A DNA stretch of 64,000 nucleotides from Eledone cirrhosa (Eukaryota). Positions within the stretch are counted from its first letter, which is position 1. Every line of letters begins with the position of its first letter. Shown here piece after piece: positions 53,742-64,000 of the stretch. Both the position numbers and the translations under genes were made by a program. The notes beneath the pieces were generated by a model, which was given only the letters and a program-made list of their open reading frames with translations, searched no databases and was not told the DNA's origin. Location: NCBI GenBank assembly GCA_964016885.1, contig OZ024741.1:355508001-355572000 (forward strand), in the 5' to 3' direction.

Positions 53742-56700
53742 ATGGAAATGGAGAGTGGAGTAGGCCAGGCAAACGAGCCAGTGGGAGATGAAGGTGAAGA
53801 GGTTGAGAGAACGGAGGAAGCATCCGAAGCAGACAATGATCTGAATGCTGAAATAAATAATACCTGGAACAAAGATACGGCCATTGAGGAAATGAATGCT
53901 GACGGGCTAGGACAAGATTTGGTTGATATCTTAAACTTAGTGGTAGATGAAATGAACAATGATAGTGGGAAACCTATGAACCTAAGATTTTTAGACAGGA
54001 AAAAGTTAAAAGAAACAACAGCTAAGGTAAACAAAGTCATCACATACCTTGAGCGAGGAACCTTCACCAGTGCAACAATATCCTCAAAGCAACAGCAAAT
54101 GAGGAAATTACTTGGCATAAAAGCGAGAGGAAACAACAAACAAGAAAGATCAGAACCTTGGTGGAAGAAACGACTGAATGGTCAAATCAGGGAAATGAGA
54201 AATGACAGTGGAAAGCTTGAGTCCCTACTGAATGGGACACTACAAAACAGACACTAAAAATAGACAGGAAATAAAGTACAAAACTAGGAGGAAAAAGCTA
54301 AATATTATCATAGAGGAACTGAAGCAACGCATTGTAACAAAGAGTGCAAAGATTAGGCGATATGAGAGCAGAGTCAGTCAGTATAGATAGAACTGCATGT
54401 TGTTTGGACAACTTGAAGGGAAAGAAAGAGGCAACGACTTGATCCCTGAGGCGGAACAAACTAAGACATTCTGGAGAGGAATATGGGAGCAGGATGTTAA
54501 ACATAATGATCAGGCAGTGTGGATTGAGACAGTACAAAAGGAGATTAGTGAACAGGCACACCAACAAACTGATTTGAGTATCACAGTTGAAACTCTTAAG
54601 AGGCAGGCCAGAAAACTAACCAACTGGAAATCACCAGGCCCAGATGGTGTGCAGGGGTATTGGATTAAAAATATAACATCCCTCCACCCGAAACTGACAA
54701 CCATGTTCAATGACTGCTTGATGTCAGGTGAGGTACCAGAGTGGTTGACAAAAGGTACCGCAGTTCTGGTAATGAAAGACCGAACCAAGGGTAATGATGT
54801 TACCACCTATAGACCTATCACATGTCTGTCCATAATGTGGAAACTGTTAACAAGCATTGTGTCTGAGGAAATCTACCATCACCTCATAAACAACTTGTTA
54901 CCTGACGAACAGAAATGATGCCGAAAGAAGTCCCGTGGTACAAAGGACTAGTTACTTATTGATAAGATGGTAATGAGGAATTGCAGGAGGAGACACACTG
55001 GTCTTGTCATGGGATGGATAGACTACAAAAAAGCATTCGACATGGTACCTCATTCTTGGATAACCAAAAGCCTAGAGATCTTCAGGGTGGCAGATAACAT
55101 CAGACAGTTGTTGAGCAAAAGTATGAAGTCCTGGAAAACAGAGTTAACATCGGGCGGCGAATCCTTGGGAGGCGTGAAGATCAAGAGAGGTATCTTCCAG
55201 GGAGATAGTTTGTCCCCTCTGTTGTTTGTCCTTGCTCTGATCCCCTGACCATTATACTGCGAAAAGTGAGAGCAGGATACAAGTTGGGAAAAGGAGAGCT
55301 TACCATCAATCACCTCCTCTTCATGGACAATCTTAAGCTCTTCGGGAAGAGTGAGAAGGAGTTGGATGTGCTTGTTGACACTGTCCGTATTTTCAGCAAT
55401 GATATATGTATGCAATTTGGTATTAGTAAGTGTGGAGTCCTTGTGATGAAGTGGGGTAAATTGAGCAGAAGCAACGGAATCCAGCTACCAACAGGTGAGA
55501 TGATAAAGGAAATTGATACTGAAGATGTATACAAATATTTAGGTGTTCTGGAGGCTGATGACATCAAGAACAAAAAAATGAAGGAATTGACAAGATCTGA
55601 ATACATTCGGAGAGTAAGGAGCGTATTAAAGTCACATCTGAACAGTAGGAATGCCTTAAGTGCAGTAAATTTCCGAGCTGTGTCTATTATTAGGTACAGT
55701 GCGGGAATTCTGAGATGGAATGTTGCTGAACAAAAAGAAATGGATAGGAAGACTAGGAAGCTATTGACTATCTACAACATGTTCCACAAGAGGAGTGATG
55801 TCGATAGACTCTACTTAAGGAGATCTGAAGGTGGAAGAGGTCTTATCAGCATAGAGGACTGTGTTCAGATGGAGAAAAACAACCTACACAAATACGTGAC
55901 TGATAGTAGGGAGCCAATGCTCAGAATTGTACTGAAGGAGAGGACAATAGACCAGGGAATGTCCAAGGAGGAAATAACAACAAGGAGAAAGAGCAACCAT
56001 CATGAAAAATCCCTTCATAGTACCTTCTTTGAGAAAACTGAATTTAGAGATCCACAGAGATGGAACTGGTTGAAAAGAGGAGACCTTAAAAAGGCTACAG
56101 AAGGAATGCTAATGGCTGCGCAAGAGCAGGCCCTCAAAACGAAGGGGCTGAAACACCATATTTACAAGGAGGAGGCTAGTCCACTGTGTAGGATCTGTGG
56201 AGAGAGAGAAGAGACTGTGGCTCACATTGTATCTGAGTGTAAACACCTAGCCCAGACTCACTATAAAGGCTGGAGACATGATGTGATGAGCAGGGTGATC
56301 CACTGGTACCTATGCAAAGTAAACAATTTACCACATTCTGAGAAGTGGTATGAGCATAAGCCAGAGTCGGTGATGGAAAACGATCAGGTGAAGGTGCTGT
56401 GGGATTTTAGGATACAGACGGACAAGAAACTGGAACACAATAGACCTGACCTGGTAGTTTTGGACAAGGGAAAAAGATTGTGCCTGATTGTGGATGTAGC
56501 CTGCCCATTCAACACGAGAATGCAAGAGAAGGAGAGGGAGAAAATTAACCGATACCAGGACTTAAAGTGGGAGGTAAAAAGGATTTGGAACTGCCATGAG
56601 GTCAAAGTGGTCCCACTTATCATAGGCACACTAGGTACTATCTCAAAGAGTTTCCAAGGAGGTTAAAGAAAATTGGTCCTGCCCCGCTTTTTGGAACACT

Positions 56701-56836
56701 TCAAAAGCATGCTTGCTGGGAACAGCAAGAACCCTCCGATACATCCTGAATATCTGAGGCTGCAGGTAGTGGCTTGATATTCATTTCAACAAACTTTCCA
56801 GTTAAATAACATCAATGACTGAGACTCAAAGAACAA
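53742..56836 (+). mobile_element. R4/Dong-clade non-LTR retrotransposon (RT, CCHC, restriction-like endonuclease), decayed and probably 5'-truncated
   Basis: NWKSPGPDG, YRPITCL, IDYKKAFD, GIFQGDSLSP, FMDN, YKYLG, CRICG..H..C, RHD, RPDLVV..DVACP..KINRY; (AAT)n on both sides. Confidence 0.92.
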
Positions 56837-56857
56837 TAATAATAATATTAATAATAA

Positions 56858-57049
56858 TAATTGTTTCTACTATTGGCACAAGGCCAGAAATTATCCAGTA
56901 CATTACTTGTACTTTATTTTATCGACCCCGTAAGGATGAAAGGCAAAGTTAACCTCGGCGGGATTTGAACTCAGAATGGCAAGGGCCGTAACTCTATGTT
57001 GGAAAGCATGGCGTCCGACCCTCTACCAATACTGCCAATCCACCGCCCT
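56858..57049 (-). mobile_element. tRNA-derived SINE, full length, in (AAT)n
   Basis: ggcggtggattggcag..ggt A-box, gagttcaaatcc B-box, core, tagaaacaattatt tail. Confidence 0.85.
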
Positions 57050-57080
57050 TAATAATATTAATAATATTAATAATAATAAT

Positions 57081-57826
57081 AAAGCTACAGAAGGAATGCT
57101 AATGGCTGCGCAAGAGCAAGCCCTCAGAACGAAGTGGGTGAAACACCATATTGACAAGGAGGAGGCTAGCTCACTGTGTAGGATCTGTGGAGAGATTGAG
57201 GAGACTGTGGCTCACATTGTATCCGAGTGTAAACACCTAGCCCAGACACACTATAAAGGCTGGAGACATGATGTGATAGGCAGGGTGATCCACTGGCATC
57301 TATGCAAAGTAAACAATTTACCACATTCTGAGAAGTGGTATGAGCATAAGCCAGAGTTGGTGATAGAAAACGATCAGGTGAAGGTACTATGGGATTTTAA
57401 GATACAGACGGACAAGAAACTGGAACACAATAGACCTGACCTGGTAGTTTTGGACAAGGAAAAAAGATTGTGCCTGATTGTAGATGTAGCCTGCCCATTT
57501 GACACGAGGGTGCAAGAAAAGGAGAGGGAGAAAATTAACCGATACCAGGATTTAAAGTGGGGGTTAAAAAGGATTTGGAACTGCCATGAAATCAAGGTCG
57601 TCCCGATTGTCATAGGCACACTAGGTACTATCTCAAAGAGTTTCCAAGGATGGTTAAAGAAGATTAGTCCAGCCCCGCTTTTTGGAACACTTCAAAAGGC
57701 ATGCTTGCTGGGAACAGCAAGAACCCTCCAATACGTCCTGAATATCTGAGGCTGCAGGTAATGGCTTGATATTCATTTCAACAAACTTTCCAGTTAAATA
57801 ACATCAATGACTGAGACTCAAAAAAC
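57081..57826 (+). mobile_element. Second, strongly 5'-truncated R4/Dong copy
   Basis: Homologous to 56091-56836 with an open C-terminus ending YVLNI*; (AAT)n on both sides. Confidence 0.92.
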
Positions 57827-57837
57827 AATAATAATAA

Positions 57838-58053
57838 TGGTTTCTTATATAGGCACAAGGCCAGTAATTTGGGGGGAGGGGAAAGTCGATTAAATCGACC
57901 CCAGTGCATGACTGGTACTTTATTTTATCGACCCCACAGGATAAAAGGCAAAGCTAACCTCGACGGGATTTGAACTCTGATGGTAAATGGCCGTAACTCT
58001 ATGCTACAAAGCATGGCGTCCGACCCTCTAGTGATACTGCCAATCCACCGCCC
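57838..58053 (-). mobile_element. tRNA-derived SINE, longer subfamily, in (AAT)n
   Basis: Same head, core and tail plus an extra ggggtcgatttaatcgac hairpin segment. Confidence 0.85.
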
Positions 58054-58054
58054 T

Positions 58055-58481
58055 AATAATGATAATAATAATAATGCTTTCTTTATTATTGGCTAGAAAG
58101 GCTGAACATAGAAGACAATACAAAGATGAGGACAGTGGGGTTTTACATAAGATGGTGTAAAAGATAACAAAAACAATTAACAAAAAAATATAAACAACAC
58201 AATTCCCCAATAGGTTAAGAACCACCCAGGTGCGAGTCATGATCCCCACCAATCCTAAACCACCCGACGTTGCGAGAGAACATGGGGAAGGCACTTTTCT
58301 CCTGTTCAACTCAACCAGACTAGAGGTGCATGCTCTGAGAAGGCTCATTCACATGGGCCATTCTCGCAGCATTCACCCACCTTTTAGCAAATGTACTGGG
58401 GCGCAGCACGTCCCTCTCACCTCTCCCCCTCACCTTCCTTTCCAAGTGAAACTTGAAAAAATTGATGAGGGATTGGCCGAA
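58055..58481 (-). mobile_element. 5'-truncated Tx1-clade LINE of a sister family
   Basis: Same aataaagaaagc(ATT)n end; LINFFKFHLERK is homologous to LINRFKFHLKRK in copies A and B. Confidence 0.75.
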
Positions 58482-59045
58482 CTCATGGTTTTTGAAACTT
58501 TGGATGTTCTAAAAATTTCTCCAGTGATATCAAACTTCCTGAAATATAACATGTTTGTATGGAACACAAACCTATCATTGTCACACAGTGGTGGAACTAT
58601 ATATTCCAGCAGCATAAGTATTAACCATGGTATTTTTTAAGGTGATTCATTTTCTCCACTGATATTTTGCATTGCACACACACGGCTGTCCAACACTCAA
58701 CAAAACAAAATATGGTTACAAAATAGACAGCAAAGCCAGAAATCACCTATTTTATATGGATGACTTAAAACTGTATGCTAAAAATGACAGTGAATTGGAA
58801 GGACTGTTGAAAACAGTTAAGGTGTTTAGCAACGATGTAGTGATGGAATTTGAATTGGAAAAATCCACCAAAGCAACATTCAAGAAAGTCAGAATGACAA
58901 GCACAAACTCAATAGAAATAGATGTGAATACAATATTTAAGGAACTAGAACAGCAACAAGCCTACAGATATTTAGGGATCAATGAAGATCAAGGTATTCA
59001 TCACACCATTATGAAAGAGAGAATTGGGAAGGAATACTACCATAG
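58482..59045 (+). mobile_element. Old R4-like RT fragment
   Basis: GIF*GDSFSPLIFCI, NHLFYMDDLKLYAKN, YRYLGI. Confidence 0.75.
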
Positions 59046-59469
59046 TACGTACTGTCTTGAAATTTCTTTTATTTGCCACAAGGGCAATAGATGAGGGAGA
59101 CATAACAAAGATAAGTTACATCATGAATGTTGGGGTATACATCATGCATAAAGTATTTATATGGTTCCATAACTTCATCAAAAAGAAAATCAAATGTTCA
59201 TAAGTACCCTAGTCAGCCATTCATTTCTGCATTGGGAAAACAATTCACTGCAGGTATTTTTTGAAAAGAAAATTCTTTAAATTTGATCTGAAAGCTGACA
59301 CAGAGGAAGTTCATTAATTACATTTTTTTAACATTTTTTTATATTTGCAAACCTGAAAACATGACATGCAGTGGGATCAAACCAGGAACCATTGATCAGT
59401 TCAAACACACATACAAAGAAAAAAAAATAAAAAATTACACTACCAAAGAAGAAACAAACAATTTCTTAC

Positions 59470-59648
59470 ATTCAGATGAGGAATCAGATTGTCTTCGGAT
59501 TCTTACTACAGAATATTCTCCATGTTCTGGTATTTCTTGAGATGAACCTGCCAAGACAATAGTAAATATGAAAGCCATTGCCACATCATGGCTAGTTGGC
59601 CATTTGTTAGTAGACAAGCTTCCCTTATCCTTGTGTTGACAAAGAGAG
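59470..59648 (-). CDS. Probable N-terminal exon of the multi-EGF gene (hydrophobic stretch, propeptide, RIRR furin site)
   Basis: Acceptor tttag at 59649-59650 with branch-like TGACTAAC ~50 nt upstream. The frame is open throughout (..VAMAFIFTIVLAGSSQEIPEHGEYSVVRIRRQSDSSSE). The phase-1 donor GAA T|gtaag matches the phase-1 start of the exon at 42096. In-frame ATG at 59578. Confidence 0.6.
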
Positions 59649-60044
59649 CTAAAGTCAAAAGCTATTTATATAAAACACAGACCAAAACTTAACTCAAATG
59701 GTTAGTCAAATTTGTATACTGTTAATTCTTTATGTATACAGAATCTAGCTATGTTTCATAGCTAGGTAGGTGTTTATCAGAAGACATGTACCCACATCCC
59801 TCTGTCTGTGAAAAGAATTTATAGTCAAATGCTATTTATATAAAACACAAAATAGAACTTAACTGAAATGGCTAGTTTAATTTGAATAATGTGGATTTGC
59901 CCATAAGGTAATTAATTAAATATTAAATAGATATGTACAATACTGTCTATAATTTAACATGTAAAATACATTTCATGCAGTTTATAAGCTTCAGTGTAAA
60001 ACTTGAAACAAATAAAAAAAACATGCTGTTAGTCTCTTCATATT

Positions 60045-60076
<32 letters not shown>

Positions 60077-60296
60077 CAACAAAACAAAACAATCAACATA
60101 AGACATTGTTTTTACATATTCCATAGCTAGTAACTGTTTATGAAAATACAAGCAACTTTATTCTTTCATCTACAAAGAAAGCTTGAGACAAAGAGTATAA
60201 ATATTAAACACAAACCAGAACTTAACTGGAATGGCCAGTTTAATTTGGTATTCAACACATCTTGTTTCAATAGGCACCCTATATCACACACATACA

Positions 60297-60327
<31 letters not shown>

Positions 60328-60443
60328 CAAGATAAGCAGAACAAGTAAAATTCAACCAATTTTTCAAAATAAATCAAAATTAATTTACAATTAAAATTAA
60401 TCAAAATTAAAAAATATAATATAAATATTTACCTATTCAAGTA

Positions 60444-60524
60444 GCTCTTACTGTACAGTTTCACTTTGCAAAACATTAGATATCACATGGATATTAATGG
60501 AAAAGCAAAGATCATCAGAGAAGC
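60444..60524 (-). ncRNA. Type I hammerhead ribozyme motif, intact core
   Basis: Reverse complement of 61197-61277. Confidence 0.8.
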
Positions 60525-61196
60525 ATTTTCCTTTCCTAGGGTTAAAAACCCCAGGAACGATAAAATATATGACCTCACTCCAACTAATACAGGTCTGAAA
60601 GGTCGTGAAAGTGACCCGTAAATACGTTGGTGTATAGTGAAGGCGGGAAATCGTAGACTTGTTGTCTATGTTCGCTACCCCAAAAAATTTTTTTAGCAGC
60701 TAGATAGAACGACAGAATTTTTTCTCTACATAATCGGAGAATAATGAATAAGGTTAATATATCTGAGGGTACAGTGTACCCCCAGAAATACATAGGTTGT
60801 CTATGATTTAAGGTGGTTCTATGGTAATAATTTGATATACCAGAACTTAATATCAAGATAAGCAGAACAAGTAAAATTCAACCAATTTTTCAAAATAAAT
60901 CAAAATTAATTTACAATTAAAATTAATCAAAATTAAAAAATATAATATAAATATTTACCTATATTAACCTTATTCATTATTCTCCGATTATGTAGAGAAA
61001 AAATTCTGTCGTTCTATCTAGCTGCTAAAAAAATTTTTTTTGGTAGCGAACATAGACAACAAGTCTACGATTTCCCGCCTTCACTATACACCAACGTATT
61101 TATGGGTCACTTTCACGACCTTTCAGACCTGTATTAGTTGGAGTGAGGTCATATATTTTATCGTACCTGGGGTTTTTAACCCTAGGAAAGGAAAAT

Positions 61197-61277
61197 GCTT
61201 CTCTGATGATCTTTGCTTTTCCATTAATATCCATGTGATATCTAATGTTTTGCAAAGTGAAACTGTACAGTAAGAGC
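61197..61277 (+). ncRNA. Type I hammerhead ribozyme motif, intact core
   Basis: gcttct CTGATGA tCTTTGC...GCAAAGt GAAA CTGTACAG TA agagc. Confidence 0.8.
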
Positions 61278-61494
61278 TACTCGAATAGGTAAATATTTAT
61301 ATTATATTTTTTAATTTTGATTAATTTTAATTGTAAATTAATTTTGATTTATTTTGAAAAATTGGTTGAATTTTACTTGTTCTGCTTATCTTGATATTAA
61401 GTTCTGGTATATCAAATTATTACCATAGAACCACCTTAAATCATAGACAACCTATGTATTTCTGGGGGTACATTGTACCCTCAGATATATTAAC

Positions 61495-61560
<66 letters not shown>

Positions 61561-61563
<3 letters not shown>

Positions 61564-64000
61564 TCATCATCATCATCATCAACGTTTAACGTCTGTGTTC
61601 CACGCTTGCATGGGTTTGGACGGGGGTTTACCCACTTGAGGCAAGAGTGATTGTCTTGCTCGCATAGGACTGTCTGGCAGGTTTTCTACAGTTGGATGCC
61701 CTTCCTAACACCAACCACATTTACAGTGTGGGTCTGGGAGGTTTTTACCGTGTTGCCTACACGGCCACATTACAGCATGGACTGTGTGTTTTTTTGTCGT
61801 GACACCTACACTATCTCATTTGTTTCGGCCTGGATGGTGTGGCACCAACATAACTTTACATAGAAGGGGGCGGTGTGGATGGGGTGGGGGGGGGGTGTAT
61901 TTTGTTAGAGGTGCCTACTGACTGTAGTAGGTTTTACTATGTATTTAGGTAAGGCGGGTCTTCTCTATTACTGAGTACCGCCAAAGGTCTCGGTCCAGTG
62001 ACATTGTCTTGGAGAGGTGTAAGTGTGTGACGTCGGAGTTTATCAGCTCGTCCAAGGTTTTTCTAGGTCTGCCTATTCCGTGGCTACCGTCTATCTTTAT
62101 TGCCCTGCACTTTGTTATACAGCTATCGACTTTCATGCGCATCACGTGTCCATACCAACGTAGCCTTCTCTCGAGTAAACAACATCTGATCCCTCTTATT
62201 TCTAATTTTTTCCTTAGTTCGTTTATGCTTTGCCGTTCACGTATATTACTATTACACATCCAGCAGAGCATGCAAGCTTCGTTCCTCTCTAGTCTGCGTA
62301 TATCCTCTGCACACAATGCCCAGGTCTCACTGCCATGCAACATTGCTGTTCGTATGCAGGCATCATACAACCTGCCTTTCATTTTTAGGGAGAACCCTTT
62401 AGCGGCTAATAGTGGTATAAGCTCTCTGAACTTTTTCCATCCAGTTCTGACTCTAGCTACTGTACTTTCAGAGCACTCTCCCCCACTGCTGATTTTGTCA
62501 CCCAGGTAACGGAAGCTGTCCACTATTTCTATAGAGCCCTCTGCGCAGTTGAAAGAGCTAGTATTTTGTGGGCACTTGCTGCTACTTATTGCACCAGAGC
62601 ACCGGCCACATGTGAAATCTATGTTCTTAGTTAGCTTACCTGTGATCCCACTACATCTTTTATGCACCCATACTTTGCATTTGGGACACAAAATGGAGTT
62701 TCTACCTACGCCTTTCCTACACACTGAGCATGGCCATTTCCCTGAAGGGACCACCGCCTTATTTTCTTTCCTACAAACTAGAACTTTGGTCTTAGCCAGA
62801 TTAATTTTAAGGCCTTTTGATTCTAGGCTGTGCTTCCATGTTTGGAATTTCTTCTCTAGCTCGGCCATTGATTCAGCTATGAGTGTTAGGTCGTCTGCGT
62901 ATAGGAGTTCTCATGGGCACCGGTCTTGAACTCCTCTGTTATAGCCTGAAGGGCAATAATAAATAGTAGGGGGCTGAGAACAGAGCCCTGATGGACGCCA
63001 ACTTTTACGCTAAACTCTTCACTATATTCGTTGTTAATTCTAACCTTGCTGACTGTTTCTTTATACATGGCTTGTATAGCTCTCACACGCCATTCGTCGA
63101 CACCTAGTTTTCTAAGAGCCCACCAGATAATGGAACGGGGGACTCTGTCGAAGGCTTTCTCCAAGTCGACAAAAGCTAAGTAGAGGGGTTTACTTTTAGC
63201 TAGGTACTTCTCCTGTAGTTGTCGTACAATGAAAAGAGCGTCTGTGGTACTTTTGCCTGACACAAACCCGAACTGCATTTCATCTAGGTCAATTCTCTCT
63301 CTGATTAGTTGCGCTATTACTTTTTCCGTGACCTTCATGACCTGGTCGATTAATTTAATGCCTCTATAGTTACTCCTATCTAGGGCATCTCCTTTACCCT
63401 TATAACAGTTAACGATGATGCTGCTACGCCAGTCCTTCAGAACAACCCCATTCTGTACGACTTGGTTAACTATCCGGGTGACCATGGTGTGTCCCACCGT
63501 GCCAGATGCCTTCAGCATCTCAGCAACTATTTCCGAAGGCCCAGCTGCCTTACCCGTCTTCATATCCTTGATTGCCTTACTTATTATACTACCCTCGACT
63601 AACACTGCTGGTCCCTCTATTGGGTCGATGTGGGGGAGACTGTCTTTCTCCCATTTATTCTTCTCATTTAGTAGCCTTTCATAGTGACACTTCCAAGCTA
63701 CCTTCTTATCAGCGTCGGTGATGGCAAGTACGCCATCATCATTAAGTACACACTTCTCCCCGACAATATCACGGTTTTCCTTGACACATTGCCTAGCAAT
63801 CCTGAACACCTCACGTTTTTGGTCCTCGCGTTGTAGAACATGCTTGAACTTTCTTTCCTCTGCTTCCCTTCTTGCGAAGTACACTTGTCTCCTAGCTTCC
63901 CTCCTGGCCACTTGATAGTCTTCTCTACTTCCCCCATCCCGCCATACTTTCCAAGCCTGCTTTTTGGCCTTAATTGACCCCTCCACCTTACTGTTCCACC
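61561..64000 (-). mobile_element. RTE-clade LINE (RT with embedded PHD finger), continuing past the right edge
   Basis: ORFs 62886-63986 and 61945-62868 joined by one lesion near 62915; NYRGIKL, VDLEKAFDRV, GVHQGSVLSP, YADDL, FRYLG, RLRWYGHV; gacgttaaacg(TGA)n tail. Confidence 0.93.

Larger units (their letters stand above)
60324..61494. mobile_element. Non-coding hammerhead-bearing 526-nt repeat unit in A-B-C-A / inverted B'-A'-C' arrangement, inserted in (TA)n
   Basis: 60324-60435 equals 60850-60961 (period 526); 60961-61494 is a reverse-complement circular permutation of the same unit. Confidence 0.85.

Noticed and set aside
56940-57049. tRNA genes at A/B-box motifs
   Set aside because: No cloverleaf is evident, and all are followed by the SINE core and tail.
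56091-58053. Dong-3'+SINE block as a single tandem duplication or assembly artefact
   Set aside because: The two SINEs are different subfamilies (the second has an extra ~30-bp segment) and the Dong copies differ at many sites, favouring independent insertions.
60590-60815. Possible opposite-polarity hammerheads (CTGAAAG..CGTAAA; CTGAGGG..GAAA) implying an ambisense viroid-like RNA
   Set aside because: The cores deviate from CUGANGA/GAAA and stem I does not pair. They are better explained as simple hairpins of the other strand.

Overview
AT-rich, microsatellite-laden animal genomic DNA. The SINE/RTE content resembles an octopus-type cephalopod genome, which is my inference and not a database result. 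One host gene crosses the window on the minus strand. Eleven exons (42096 down to 1256) splice in perfect phase into 739 codons of 19 tandem EGF-like repeats. A probable upstream exon (59470-59648) adds a hydrophobic stretch and an RIRR furin site, and the gene continues beyond the left edge. The introns are packed with mobile DNA: a complete Ty3/Gypsy LTR element nested in a Chapaev3-type DNA transposon, a second Chapaev3 copy, a solo LTR, a piggyBac-type MITE, RTE LINEs with a PHD finger inside the RT, Naiad-type Penelope-like fragments with hammerhead ribozymes in (TA)n, and many tRNA-derived SINEs. Four observations stand out. (1) A ~16-kb (AAT)n 'landing pad' holds two full-length Tx1-clade LINEs, R4/Dong-clade LINEs and SINEs inserted into the same microsatellite in strand-specific orientations. 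(2) The SINE and the Tx1 LINE share a 3' tail motif. (3) A 526-nt non-coding, highly structured unit with an intact type I hammerhead is integrated as a circularly permuted, terminally redundant and inverted pair (retrozyme/pLTR-like). (4) About eight hammerhead motifs occur in the window, three of them core-intact on the host pre-mRNA strand.
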